The notes beneath the pieces are model-generated. The model saw only the letters and a program-made list of their open reading frames with translations. It made no database searches and was not told where the DNA came from. From assembly GCA_050294405.1 (NCBI GenBank), contig JBNKOC010000012.1, positions 64,001 to 128,000 of the forward strand: a stretch of DNA of 64,000 nt, read 5' to 3'. Shown one piece after another: positions 1 through 9,953 of the stretch (position 1 is the stretch's first letter; the number at the start of each line of letters is the position of its first letter). The translations under genes were made by a program, and so were the position numbers. The stretch comes from Fibrobacteria bacterium. Lineage in GTDB: Bacteria > Fibrobacterota > Fibrobacteria > UBA11236 > JADFYW01.

Positions 1-928
1 TAAGAGGGGCCTTGGCAACTGTTATTGAATTTTCCTCTATTTGTACTTTGGCTCCCATGTCCTTTAAAGCCAAGGCAAAACGGCCTTCACTTTTAAATTG
101 CAGGCTTTTGCTGCCGATTCCCCGAACAGTGACCTGTCCTCCTGCGATGGCTGCTGCCGCCATAAAATAGCTGGCTGAAGAAGCATCTGGTTCTATGTAG
201 TAACTATCGGGGTTTTGGTACCCAAAAGGCTTTTCTAAAACAAAATGATTGGAATTTTTCTCCTGAACATCCACCCCGAATTGTTTCATAACATCCAGGG
301 TGATATCAATATAAGGCCGGGAAACCAGTTCTCCTTCAATTTGAATTTCGCTGCTTTTTTGGGTTAAGGGCATGGTCATTAAGAGAGCGGATAAAAACTG
401 GCTGGATAGGTTTCCCCTGACTTTGGTCAACCCTCCTGAAATTCCCTCAGTATCAATACATATGGGAAGGGCTTTTGGATTTTCCAAAAAACGCACCATA
501 GGGGTTTTTCCCACAGGACTCCAATGTTCCAAAGCTTCCACCAGGTCATTAATGGGCCTTTCCCTTAAGCGGGGAATTCCATCCAATGTATACCGGCCTT
601 TACCTGCGCAAAGCAGAGATGTTAAAAAACGCGAAGCGGTGCCGGAGTTGCCAAGATGTAAGTTGATATCTTTTTCCAGTTGTACCGGGCCACCCAACCC
701 CTTAATTCTCAGAGTATCGTCTTCCTGCTGTATGGAAAGCCCCATGTTTTTAAGGGCAGATAACATAAGCTGAACATCTTCCCCATCGGGAAGGTTAAAC
801 ACATGGCACTGGCCTTTGGCAAGGGCGGATAAAGCTAAAGCCCGGTTGGCGATGGATTTTGAGCCCGGAGGAGAGACTTCTCCCATAAACATTGGCACGG
901 GAGAAAGCGTTAATTTTTGCAAGTTCAT
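1..928 (-). CDS. aroA: 3-phosphoshikimate 1-carboxyvinyltransferase (EPSP synthase), 3' end runs off the window
   Basis: Not in the ORF track. Minus-strand frame from ATG at 928 reads MNLQKLTLSPVPMFMGEVSPPGSKSIANRAL..., with GNSGTASRF, RERPINDLV-like, SSQFLSALLM and EPDASSASYF motifs. Confidence 0.95.
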   Translation of the reverse strand, partial: MNLQKLTLSPVPMFMGEVSPPGSKSIANRALALSALAKGQCHVFNLPDGEDVQLMLSALKNMGLSIQQEDDTLRIKGLGGPVQLEKDINLHLGNSGTASRFLTSLLCAGKGRYTLDGIPRLRERPINDLVEALEHWSPVGKTPMVRFLENPKALPICIDTEGISGGLTKVRGNLSSQFLSALLMTMPLTQKSSEIQIEGELVSRPYIDITLDVMKQFGVDVQEKNSNHFVLEKPFGYQNPDSYYIEPDASSASYFMAAAAIAGGQVTVRGIGSKSLQFKSEGRFALALKDMGAKVQIEENSITVAKAPL

Positions 929-929
929 A

Positions 930-2108
930 TTAATTGTTATCCCGCCCCAGACTCTGTAAATTGCGGTACCCCCGGTTTTCCATGGCCATTACAAGTTCCC
1001 GATTCATTTTGGCAATGGCATTGTATCGGTAAGCCATAACCGTATAACACTGGACAGCATCCGCACCGGCCTCTAGTAAATCCAGCACTTTCTCTCCATG
1101 GTCAATGCCCCCCACGGCCAGTAAAGAGAGTTGGGGCAGTTGTTTTTTAATGTATCGAATAGCCGGAAGGGTGTTTTTATACAGGATACGCCCGGATATT
1201 CCTCCTTTTCTGCCGTCCGCTGCCACAGGCAGTATTTTATCTTCGGGAGTATTCATTTCCAGGTATTTTGCCCTTCCCGCCGGAAAGGTGTTAAAAAGCA
1301 CTAATCCGGTGACTTCATTGTCAGCGATTATTTGCAGGGTATCCTGCAATAGTTTTTGACTCATATCAGGGGATAGCTTTACAAACACAGCTTTACGAGG
1401 GGCCAGGGATTTGCGAAAGCTCATAATTTCTTTAAGCAGGCTTTCCAAAAATCCCTTGTGCAAATCAATTCTGTCTACTCCGGTATTAGGGCAACTCACA
1501 TTTATTTCCACATAGTCTGCGGCCCGGTAAGCTTTGCGAAATGCTGCTAGCATATCTTTTATCATTTGGTCGTTTTGAGTTAAACCTGGAGTTTCAGCGA
1601 TGCTGATTCCCAGAGACATTTTTCTGCGGTGGCAAAGTCCCAGGTTAAAATCCACTGCATGGGCAATGGCCTCAATACCGGGGTTATTGAGGCCCATAGA
1701 GTTATTAATGGCAAAGTCTTCGGGCAACATTCTAACACGGGGCCGAAAAGGATTTCCTAAATGGGGATTAATGGTGGCTGAACCCACAGTAACGCCTCCA
1801 AATCCAAGCGCAGGAAAGTAACGCAGATTTTTTCCAGCTTTATTCCCACCTGCCGATAAAATTATTGGGGAGGCCATAGTAATTGGCATGGAACGGTCTT
1901 TAAATTGAAGGGTTTTTTCCAGCTTTTGAGGCGCAAAGTGCCTTGGCGGAATTAAGCTTTTTAAATGTGCGTACAAGGGCAGCAAATCATGGCGGGATTC
2001 TGGATTAGAGATGATTTTTTTAATTAACTCAAGGCCCGCATCTCCGATTGTGCGCTTGTATTCGTAATGAGTTACCATAGAATTTGAATTGTCCATAACA
2101 TTGGGCAT
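930..2108 (-). CDS. pyrD: dihydroorotate dehydrogenase
   Basis: GNPFRPRV, NSMGLNNPG, YVEINVSCPNT, VKLSPD, GGISG and VGGI motifs. Confidence 0.9.
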   Translation of the reverse strand: MPNVMDNSNSMVTHYEYKRTIGDAGLELIKKIISNPESRHDLLPLYAHLKSLIPPRHFAPQKLEKTLQFKDRSMPITMASPIILSAGGNKAGKNLRYFPALGFGGVTVGSATINPHLGNPFRPRVRMLPEDFAINNSMGLNNPGIEAIAHAVDFNLGLCHRRKMSLGISIAETPGLTQNDQMIKDMLAAFRKAYRAADYVEINVSCPNTGVDRIDLHKGFLESLLKEIMSFRKSLAPRKAVFVKLSPDMSQKLLQDTLQIIADNEVTGLVLFNTFPAGRAKYLEMNTPEDKILPVAADGRKGGISGRILYKNTLPAIRYIKKQLPQLSLLAVGGIDHGEKVLDLLEAGADAVQCYTVMAYRYNAIAKMNRELVMAMENRGYRNLQSLGRDNN

Positions 2109-2196
2109 GGACTGCTAAAATAAAAAAAAAATGAAATGGGGTTTAATGATTTAGAAAATACTCGAAGCTATCTGAAAATAAATTCTGAACCGGGTT

Positions 2197-3105
2197 TTAC
2201 TTAATTCTTTTTCCGTTTTTCCAAAATTCATTTTTTCCATATGGGTGCATAATAGCCGGCCCGTCATCCCGGTGCAATTTGCCTTTGTAATACCATTTCA
2301 TGGTATTATCGGGTTCTATTATAGCCGGCCCGTCACGCCTTGAAAGTTTGCCGTACACATACCAGGCCTTGTAGCCATTGGTGCTGTCAATGGCAGGTCC
2401 GTTTACCCTGTGGAGCCTTCCATCCAAGTAGTACTCTTCCACTACCCCGGGTACCATAACTGCCGGTTTTCCATTAAGACGGGAGCGTTTACCATTAATC
2501 CACCATTCTTTATGCCCGTTGTCGTACTCGATTGCAGGCAAATCATCCAGGCGGTGCAGTTTATCTTCAAAATACCATTCAAATCCATCGTCGTTTTTAA
2601 CCGCTGGTTTTCCTTTGGAGCGGTGGAGTAAGCCATCTTTAAAATAGGCAAAATTGCCATTGGCCCATTCAATAGCAGGTTTTTTCTTGCGGTGGAGCTT
2701 GCCTTCCCAGTACCACATTTTTCGCCCATCGGGCATGATAACTGCGGGTTTTTTCTTTCTGTGTCGCTTGCCGTGGACCCAATATTCTACGCGCCCGTCT
2801 TTCCACTCTAACGCAGGTTTTTTTTTGCGATGTAACTGGCCTTCTATATAATATTCTTTGCCCCCGTCAGCGTATATGATAGCCGGTTTTTCATCATCGC
2901 GATGGAGTTTGCCGTTTTTGTGCCATTCTCTGTGGCCATTTACCTTTTTAACGGAGGGCTCATCTTTTTCGCTGTGAAGCTTGCCGTTTAAATAAGTGCG
3001 TTCTGTTCCGAATTTATCCGTTAACTTTCTTATACCAGCTGCGCTGGAAAGAGACCATAAAAATATTACGGCACTGAAAGCCAGAGTAAAAACTTTGGGG
3101 TTCAT
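2197..3105 (-). CDS. secreted protein with tandem G(K/R)LHR-x3-4-PA repeats (MORN-like beta-hairpin repeats)
   Basis: Signal peptide followed by about 11 repeats of 23-24 aa (W/Y-x-x-G-K-L-H-R-x-x-x-P-A). Confidence 0.8.
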   Translation of the reverse strand: MNPKVFTLAFSAVIFLWSLSSAAGIRKLTDKFGTERTYLNGKLHSEKDEPSVKKVNGHREWHKNGKLHRDDEKPAIIYADGGKEYYIEGQLHRKKKPALEWKDGRVEYWVHGKRHRKKKPAVIMPDGRKMWYWEGKLHRKKKPAIEWANGNFAYFKDGLLHRSKGKPAVKNDDGFEWYFEDKLHRLDDLPAIEYDNGHKEWWINGKRSRLNGKPAVMVPGVVEEYYLDGRLHRVNGPAIDSTNGYKAWYVYGKLSRRDGPAIIEPDNTMKWYYKGKLHRDDGPAIMHPYGKNEFWKNGKRIK

Positions 3106-3347
3106 GAGTTAATCATGCTCCTATTTGGACCCACAAATCAAGTGTTTAGCTGTGACAGCTTTGAAAAAATAATTCAAAATTTTAAAGACTACCCAATTAT
3201 GGGCTAATTTAACAATTTCAAGTAATATAGAATTCCGCAGCCACGGCTCCTATTTCCCTATCTTCAAATTAAATTCTCCTGCCTTTTATAGAAGCTAAAA
3301 GGGCAAAATTTTCAGAATTTTTTCCTTAGTTTTATTAATTTTTCGCC

Positions 3348-4034
3348 ATGATCCAAAAGAGCGAATTTATTCGATTTATGCTAGAATGCCAGGTGCTTCA
3401 ATTTGGCGATTTCACCACAAAAAGCGGAAGAAAAACTCCCTATTTTATAAATACTGGGCTCTATAAAACAGGCAGGCAATTGGCTCGGCTTGGAGAGTTT
3501 TACGCCGATAAAATTTGGGAAGTTTACGCTTCGAAAAATATTACAAACATATTTGGCCCAGCTTACAAAGGTATTCCCATTGGCACTTCCACTAGTGAAG
3601 CCCTTTATCGAAAATACGGCTTAGAAACCACAGTGAGTTTTAACCGCAAAGAAATGAAAGACCATGGGGAAGGTGGCTGGCTTTTGGGTCACAGCTATGG
3701 GAAAACTGAGGACAAAGACAGGGTGCTGATTGTGGAAGATGTAACCACCGCCGGAACTTCCATTCGGGAAAACCTACCAGGCATATTAAAATATCCCAAT
3801 ACGGAAGTATTAGGTTTGGTGGTTTCTGTGGATAGAATGGAAAAAGGAAAAGGAGATTTGCCCGCTTTGGTCGAATTGCAAAAAGAATTCGGCATCGAAA
3901 CCCACAGCATCATTGATTTTAATGATCTATTGGATTTTTTAAAGCAAGACGAAAAGGCCAGCAGTCAATTGTCGGAGTACTTACCTAAAATGCTCGAGTA
4001 TAGGGAAAAGTATGGAGTTGTACCAAGCCTTTAA
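3348..4034 (+). CDS. pyrE: orotate phosphoribosyltransferase
   Basis: FGDFTTKSGRKTPYF, GPAYKGI, KDHGEGG and VEDVTTAGTS (PRPP motif). Confidence 0.96.
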   Translation: MIQKSEFIRFMLECQVLQFGDFTTKSGRKTPYFINTGLYKTGRQLARLGEFYADKIWEVYASKNITNIFGPAYKGIPIGTSTSEALYRKYGLETTVSFNRKEMKDHGEGGWLLGHSYGKTEDKDRVLIVEDVTTAGTSIRENLPGILKYPNTEVLGLVVSVDRMEKGKGDLPALVELQKEFGIETHSIIDFNDLLDFLKQDEKASSQLSEYLPKMLEYREKYGVVPSL

Positions 4035-4059
4035 GCGTTTTTCAATTTTTAGAGTTAAT

Positions 4060-4084
4060 AAAAAAAGCGCCCTTTGAAGGGCGC
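4060..4084 (-). terminator. intrinsic terminator for htpG (possibly bidirectional with pyrE)
   Basis: GCGCCCTT-TG-AAGGGCGC inverted repeat preceded by an A-run (U-tract on the minus strand), between convergent genes. Confidence 0.75.
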
Positions 4085-4108
4085 CCTAAATTTTTTAAAC
4101 AGGTTTTT

Positions 4109-6004
4109 TTACTTGGAAACCTGTTCTAAAAGGCCATTTACTTTTCGAACAAAACTTTGTGGATCTTTTATGGGAGAACCCTCGGCAAGCAATGCCTGAT
4201 CCAGCAAAATTTCACACCATTCTTTGATTTGAGGGTTATTGGAATCCGCCTCAAACTTTTCATTGATGTTTTTCAAAATAGGATGGCTTGGATTTATTTC
4301 CAGAATTCTCTTGGATTCGGAAACAGACTGGTTGGCCATTTTTAAAATCCGTTCCATGTTGGCACCCATATCCGCTTCGTCCGCCACCAGGCAAGTGGGA
4401 CTTCCCTTAAGACGAGTGGATACCCGCACTTCTTTTAAGGTATCTGCAAAGCTTTCCTGAATGAATTTGCTGAGTTTTTTAAATTTGGACTTGCCTTCTT
4501 TTTGTTCCTTTTTTTCTTCGGCACTTAATTTGCCCAAATCCAAATCGCCTTTGGCCACGCTTTTTAACTTTTTGCTTTCGTATTCGGTAACGCTTTGTAC
4601 GACCCACTCATCAATGGGGTCGATTAAATAAAGCACTTCGATGCCTTTGTCGTTGAAAACTTCCAAATGAGGACTGGCTTCAACGGCTTTGCGATTTTCA
4701 CCTGTTATGAAGTAAATATCTTCCTGGCCTTCCTTCATGTCCTTGATGTATTCATCCAGGCTGCGAAATTCGCCATCGGCAGTTTTTGTGGATTGAAAAC
4801 GAAGCAATTTTTTAAGTTCATCGAGGTTTTCCCAGTTCATGTGGAAGCCCTCTTTGAGTACGTTCCCAAATTCTTTCCAGAATTTTTTGTAGTCTTCGGG
4901 GTTCTTTTTGCCCATGGTTTCCAGCATGCCCAGTACTTTTTTAGTGGCTGCCTTCTGGATTTTGGACAAGACGGCATTTTGCTGCAGGATTTCTCTGGAG
5001 ACGTTAAGAGGCAAGTCTTCGGAATCCACAATGCCCTTTACAAAGCGCAAGTAATTGGGAAGCAGTTCTTTGCAGTCTTCCATGATAAATATGCGTTTCA
5101 CATAAAGGCTTAGTCCGTTGTGCTTTTCTGGCATCCATAAATCATATGGAGCTTTGGCGGGTATATACATCAAAGTGGTGTATTGCAAAGTGCCTTCCAC
5201 CTGGTTGTGAGAATAAGCCAGGGGGGCTTCGCTGTCAAAGCTGATATGTTTATAGAATTCTTCGTATTCTTCTTTTTTAATATCTGTTTTGGAACGACGC
5301 CAAATGGGAGGCTTGTCGTTTAAAATTTCTTCTTTGACTTCTTTTTTCTTATCGTCTCCTGTTTCCTCATCCATTGCAATGGGATGGGGCACAAAGCTGC
5401 TGTATTTTTTTACAATGGAACGGATTTTGTAATTCTCAAGGTATTCCTTGTCTTCATCCTTAATATGCAGGGTGATTTCAGTGCCGCGGCTTGGCTTATC
5501 ACACTCTTCCAGGGTGTAGCTGCCATCCCCGTTGGATTCCCATTTCATGGCTGGGTTTTCGGACCCTAGTCTTTTTGTTTTAAGAGTGACTTTGTCCGCA
5601 ACCATAAAGACCGAATAAAAGCCAACGCCGAATTGTCCGATAAGGCTGGCATCGCCCTTATTGTCTTTTAGCTTTTGCAAAAACTCTTTGGTGCCGGATT
5701 TTGCAATGGTTCCGATGTTAGTGATTATTTCTTCACGGGTCATTCCAATACCATTGTCTTTTATGGTAATGGTTTTTCCATCTTTGTCGCTTTCAATTTT
5801 AATTTTAAAATTTTGATCGTCTCCCAACAGCGCTATGTTAGTGAGAGATTCGATGCGAGCCTTATCAATCGCATCGGAAGCATTGGATACCAGCTCCCTT
5901 AAAAAAATGTCTTTATTGCTGTATAGGGAATGGATAACCAAATCCAGAACCTGTTTTACTTCAGCCTGGAACTCCAGTTTTTCTGCCATTTCAGTTTCAG
6001 CCAT
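4109..6004 (-). CDS. htpG: molecular chaperone HtpG (Hsp90)
   Basis: YSNKDIFLRELVSNASDA, IGQFGVGFYS and DSEDLPLNVSREILQ. Confidence 0.98.
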   Translation of the reverse strand: MAETEMAEKLEFQAEVKQVLDLVIHSLYSNKDIFLRELVSNASDAIDKARIESLTNIALLGDDQNFKIKIESDKDGKTITIKDNGIGMTREEIITNIGTIAKSGTKEFLQKLKDNKGDASLIGQFGVGFYSVFMVADKVTLKTKRLGSENPAMKWESNGDGSYTLEECDKPSRGTEITLHIKDEDKEYLENYKIRSIVKKYSSFVPHPIAMDEETGDDKKKEVKEEILNDKPPIWRRSKTDIKKEEYEEFYKHISFDSEAPLAYSHNQVEGTLQYTTLMYIPAKAPYDLWMPEKHNGLSLYVKRIFIMEDCKELLPNYLRFVKGIVDSEDLPLNVSREILQQNAVLSKIQKAATKKVLGMLETMGKKNPEDYKKFWKEFGNVLKEGFHMNWENLDELKKLLRFQSTKTADGEFRSLDEYIKDMKEGQEDIYFITGENRKAVEASPHLEVFNDKGIEVLYLIDPIDEWVVQSVTEYESKKLKSVAKGDLDLGKLSAEEKKEQKEGKSKFKKLSKFIQESFADTLKEVRVSTRLKGSPTCLVADEADMGANMERILKMANQSVSESKRILEINPSHPILKNINEKFEADSNNPQIKEWCEILLDQALLAEGSPIKDPQSFVRKVNGLLEQVSK

Positions 6005-6142
6005 AGTTCATCTCCTTCAAAGAAAATCAGCGAAATTTAGTTCTACCGGCATTAATTTATGCAATTAGGCATCTAGATCAAGGTTTTTGCAAAAATTTTG
6101 TTAAAATAGGCCCAGAGTAAATTTTAGCCCGGTATTTGTATA

Positions 6143-6823
6143 TTGTTTGAAATGAATAAAATAAGCCCAAATTTGTGTTTTTCCACAAAAATTTTTCCCA
6201 CAGTAGAGCATATTGCAGAATTTTGCGCCTCGGAAATGAAAGGCCCCAAAGTGGCTTTGTCCGGGGGTAGTACTTTTAAGGCACTTTTCAAAAGCTGGAA
6301 AGAAAAAGCGGAATTGGCCAAACTGGAGTATTTTCCAGTGGATGAGAGGCGTGTCCCCTTTGAAGATCCGGCCAATAATTGGGGTGTAGCGGCCAAAGAA
6401 TTTTTAATTCCGATATCGGCACAAAGTCAGGTAGAGCACCAGGCCGAATCAGGAAGACAGTATGAACAATTATTGCGAACCGCTTTTGGAGGAGATCCAG
6501 TTTTTGATGAGCTTTATTTGGGTATGGGGGATGATGGCCATACAGCATCTCTTTTCCCTGGCGGGCCCGAACTTTTGGATAAGGAGAGCTGGGTTTTGGA
6601 AAGTGTTTCTCCCAAGGCACCCGCAAATCGGGTGAGTCTGGGATTAAGGGCCTTGTGGGCCAGCCGAAAATTATGGTTAATTGCCACTGGGAGCGCAAAA
6701 GCTTCCATGGTAAAACGGTTATTGGAAGGAGACGAAAGCCTTCCTGCAACCCTTGCGTTAAAGGGCCACCGGGAACCGTTGGTATTGCTGGATGAGGATG
6801 CTGCGGCCCTATTAAAAGATTAA
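6143..6823 (+). CDS. pgl: 6-phosphogluconolactonase (start may be ATG at 6152)
   Basis: ALSGGST, DERRVP and LGMGDDGHTASLFPG. Confidence 0.92.
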   Translation: MFEMNKISPNLCFSTKIFPTVEHIAEFCASEMKGPKVALSGGSTFKALFKSWKEKAELAKLEYFPVDERRVPFEDPANNWGVAAKEFLIPISAQSQVEHQAESGRQYEQLLRTAFGGDPVFDELYLGMGDDGHTASLFPGGPELLDKESWVLESVSPKAPANRVSLGLRALWASRKLWLIATGSAKASMVKRLLEGDESLPATLALKGHREPLVLLDEDAAALLKD

Positions 6824-6838
6824 ACTAAAGGAGATGTT

Positions 6839-7555
6839 ATGTTAAAGCTAATGTTAGTGTCATTAATGATATTTGGGGGCATGGTGAGCTGTGTTTCTTC
6901 CAAGGAACAAAAACAATTGGAGCAGCAAATCCAGGCGGTTCGCCAACAACAGGATTCGCTTATTGCCATTTTAAATACCATGAAAGATCAAACTAATTTT
7001 ATTGCTTATAAAGTGGGCTGGCGTCCTCCGGAAGATACCCTGCCAAAAGACATTCCCCTGGCTGGTTCCTATAGCCATGGTGCGGAAAAACCCGTGTTGA
7101 CTTTGGTGGAATTTTCTGATTTTCAATGCCCTTACTGCGCCCAGTTGTCACCGACTTTGGATTCTTTGGTTAGAACTTACCCCGAAAAAATCAAAGTGGT
7201 ATTTAAACACTTTCCTCTTAGCTTTCACAAGCAAGCCATGTCCGCCCATGCCGCCGCTCTTGCCGCAGGAAAACAAGGCCGCTTTTTTGATTACCGTTAC
7301 AAGTTGGCATCTAAATTCCGCAACTTAAACGATTCTGTATACATCGCTCTTGCCGAAGAAATTGGCTTGGATATGGAGGAGTTTAAAAAGGATATGCCAC
7401 TTACCAAAGATGTGGAATCTATTATTGACAAAGACAAAGATTTAGGAGTAAAAATCGGGGTCTCTGGAACACCCACATTATTTGCAAATGGTAAAAAAGT
7501 AAGAGACAGAAGTTTTGACGGGTTAGTGCAGCTTATGAAATCTTACGGCGGTTAA
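6839..7555 (+). CDS. DsbA-family thiol-disulfide oxidoreductase, probable lipoprotein
   Basis: EFSDFQCPYC, VFKHFPL and GVSGTPT; lipobox-like MVSC; RBS AAGGAG. Confidence 0.88.
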   Translation: MLKLMLVSLMIFGGMVSCVSSKEQKQLEQQIQAVRQQQDSLIAILNTMKDQTNFIAYKVGWRPPEDTLPKDIPLAGSYSHGAEKPVLTLVEFSDFQCPYCAQLSPTLDSLVRTYPEKIKVVFKHFPLSFHKQAMSAHAAALAAGKQGRFFDYRYKLASKFRNLNDSVYIALAEEIGLDMEEFKKDMPLTKDVESIIDKDKDLGVKIGVSGTPTLFANGKKVRDRSFDGLVQLMKSYGG

Positions 7556-7581
7556 GGCTGCCTAAAATTTTTATTTAAAAT

Positions 7582-8805
7582 TTATTCAATTAAACCCTGG
7601 GCGCGCTTTATACTCAGGGTTTTTTCGTTTCGGCGCAATTGTTGTTGATGCCTGCGTTTTGCGCCTTCAAGCCATTTATCCCTGCTGGAGTATTCGGGGT
7701 GGGGTAGCATCCTATAGTCCAGCCCTTTCTCAAGGTTTCGATGGGCCACATAGTCTTCGGGGCCCACAAAGGTAAAACATTGGGCTGTAGTTTGGAGACG
7801 ACCTGAACGGCCTACCCTGTGGGTGTAGTCTTCAGCGGTTGGAGGGATATCGTAATTGATAATGGTATCCACAGATAAAGTGTCCAGACCCCGGGAAGCT
7901 AAATCTGTGGCCACTAATATGGGGAATTTTTTTTCCATAAACATCTGGTATACTTTATCCCTGTCTTTTTGGCTTAGCTTTCGGTGAAAGACCTTGGATT
8001 TGTAGCCGTTTAACTTTAAGCTGCCCTGAAGGTGGTTGGCCTTTTCCACGTTGCCCACAAAAATAATGGTTTGGTTTTGGCTGGCTTCTAAGAACTTCTG
8101 GCACAGCCGAAATTTTGTTTTCGGGCTTTTCAAGTAACAAAAATATTCGCTACGGGAATTGATGTTATCACCCTGTTCTGGCTTTAAAATTGGAATTTTA
8201 TGGAAGAAATATTCGTAGTTAATTTCTTTCGGGGCCGTAGCGGAAAAGCCTTGGATTAACAACTTTGCGGGTAAAAATTTTTTTAATTCCAAAAGCTGCT
8301 CTTTGAATCCCAATTTTAAAAGTTTGTCGTATTCATCCAAAATGATCTTGGAACAATTTTTAAAAACCCCGCCGTTATTTTGGCATAGTTCCAGAATTCT
8401 ACCGGGAGTTCCAATATGTATCTGAGTGTTTTTGGAAGCTGCTTGCGATTCCTTTTCTTTCCGACCCCCAATATGCAGGTGCAACTGGGGAAAATCCAAT
8501 TTATTTCCCTTTTCATGTATACCCCACAGGGCCTGGGCCATTTTTGAGACCTGGTAAGCGAGCTCTCGGGTGGGGACCAAAATCAGCTGGGTACTTTTTT
8601 TCTGCAGGCTGGACTCAAAAATGGGCAATAGGTAGGCCAGGGTTTTTCCACTTCCCGTAGGAGCCACCACAAAAATAGATTGGCCCATTAACAAAGATTT
8701 TAGACAGCTTTCCTGGGTTAGAGTAGGCTTCTTGAATTGTAATTGCTTGAGTCGATTATGGGCTGATTTGGACAGGCCATAGCTGGACCAAGGGTCTTTA
8801 GACAT
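7582..8805 (-). CDS. DEAD/DEAH-box RNA helicase
   Basis: APTGSGKT, PTRELA, GTPGR, DEYD, SAT and HRVGRSGR motifs. Confidence 0.92.
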   Translation of the reverse strand: MSKDPWSSYGLSKSAHNRLKQLQFKKPTLTQESCLKSLLMGQSIFVVAPTGSGKTLAYLLPIFESSLQKKSTQLILVPTRELAYQVSKMAQALWGIHEKGNKLDFPQLHLHIGGRKEKESQAASKNTQIHIGTPGRILELCQNNGGVFKNCSKIILDEYDKLLKLGFKEQLLELKKFLPAKLLIQGFSATAPKEINYEYFFHKIPILKPEQGDNINSRSEYFCYLKSPKTKFRLCQKFLEASQNQTIIFVGNVEKANHLQGSLKLNGYKSKVFHRKLSQKDRDKVYQMFMEKKFPILVATDLASRGLDTLSVDTIINYDIPPTAEDYTHRVGRSGRLQTTAQCFTFVGPEDYVAHRNLEKGLDYRMLPHPEYSSRDKWLEGAKRRHQQQLRRNEKTLSIKRAQGLIE

Positions 8806-8820
8806 AACTAAAGGGCACCT

Positions 8821-9867
8821 CTAAAAATGATGGTGGTATTTTTTGGCTCGTTCAAACAGCTCGGTGCAATCCTCAATGATTTTACCCACAGTTTCGGGGG
8901 TCACTGCTTGCTTGGGATCATCCCCGATGCCCCTTTTAGGTTGGCAATGAGATTCAATTAAAAGGCCATCGGCCCCATAGCCAATAGCTGCCAGGCAGGC
9001 ATTGGGAACATAAACGGATTTTCCCACACTATGGGAGGGGTCCACCACCACGGGAGCCCAGGTTCTTTCTTTTAAAAGGACGGTTATACTCTCGTCCGGA
9101 AAATTTCTAAAACCTTCAATGGATGGAAAAGTTCCCCGGGGGCTTAAAATAACATTGGGATTGCCCTGGGCCACAATGTATTCGGCCGCCAGGATAAATT
9201 CATTCACCGGCCCTGCATGGATGCTTCTTTTTAAGATAATGTTAGTGGCTGTCCCTTGAGTGGCTTGGCCAGCCTGCTGCAGAAGTTTGTAATTAAGGGC
9301 ATTGCGTGCTCCAATTTGCAGGCAGTCAATTCCGGCTTCCACGCAAATTTGGATTTGTTCCATGTCCATAACTTCGGTATTTACCGGAAGCCCGGTTTGG
9401 CTGCGGGCTTCCAATAGTATTTCAATGCTTTTGTTTTGCCCCTGAAAGCTATAAGGAGAAGTGCGAGGTTTCCAGGCGCCTCCACGCAACATATCTACAC
9501 CCTGCTCTTTTAAGGCGTGAGCGCTTTCTAAAAAAAGATTTTTTTCGTTGGGGTCGATGGTGCAGTGGCCGGCGATTATGGCCAGTTCCTTTCCCAGAGT
9601 TTTTTTGCCGATTTTAATTTCGTGATGAGAAAGATTGTTGTCTTTGGCTAAAAGTTTGTAGGGTACCTGAATGGTATCCACTCTGTCTATATAGGGAAGC
9701 CCCTCAATTCGCTTAATCAGAAGAGGAGAACGTTCGTCGCCAATAATAGCGTAAATGGTGCGGGCATGGCCCACAATGGGTTGCAATTTAACACCAAATT
9801 CATCGGCTGTAGCAAAAAGTTCCTGACTTTGTTCTTCTGTAAGTCGATTTGGAATAGGGATAATCAT
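8821..9867 (-). CDS. aroF: DAHP synthase (class I-beta) with N-terminal regulatory domain
   Basis: LRGGAWKPRTSPYSFQG, QIGARN, VDPSH and GADGLLIE. Confidence 0.92.
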   Translation of the reverse strand: MIIPIPNRLTEEQSQELFATADEFGVKLQPIVGHARTIYAIIGDERSPLLIKRIEGLPYIDRVDTIQVPYKLLAKDNNLSHHEIKIGKKTLGKELAIIAGHCTIDPNEKNLFLESAHALKEQGVDMLRGGAWKPRTSPYSFQGQNKSIEILLEARSQTGLPVNTEVMDMEQIQICVEAGIDCLQIGARNALNYKLLQQAGQATQGTATNIILKRSIHAGPVNEFILAAEYIVAQGNPNVILSPRGTFPSIEGFRNFPDESITVLLKERTWAPVVVDPSHSVGKSVYVPNACLAAIGYGADGLLIESHCQPKRGIGDDPKQAVTPETVGKIIEDCTELFERAKKYHHHF

Positions 9868-9953
9868 AATTTCTTCCGATTTTTATGTACCAACAATATA
9901 TTGAGTAAAGATATTAATATGGAATCCATATAAAAGCCTTGCTAAAATAATTT

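Noticed and set aside
6030..6130. Possible CIRCE (HrcA) operator upstream of htpG
   Set aside because: No match to TTAGCACTC-N9-GAGTGCTAA.
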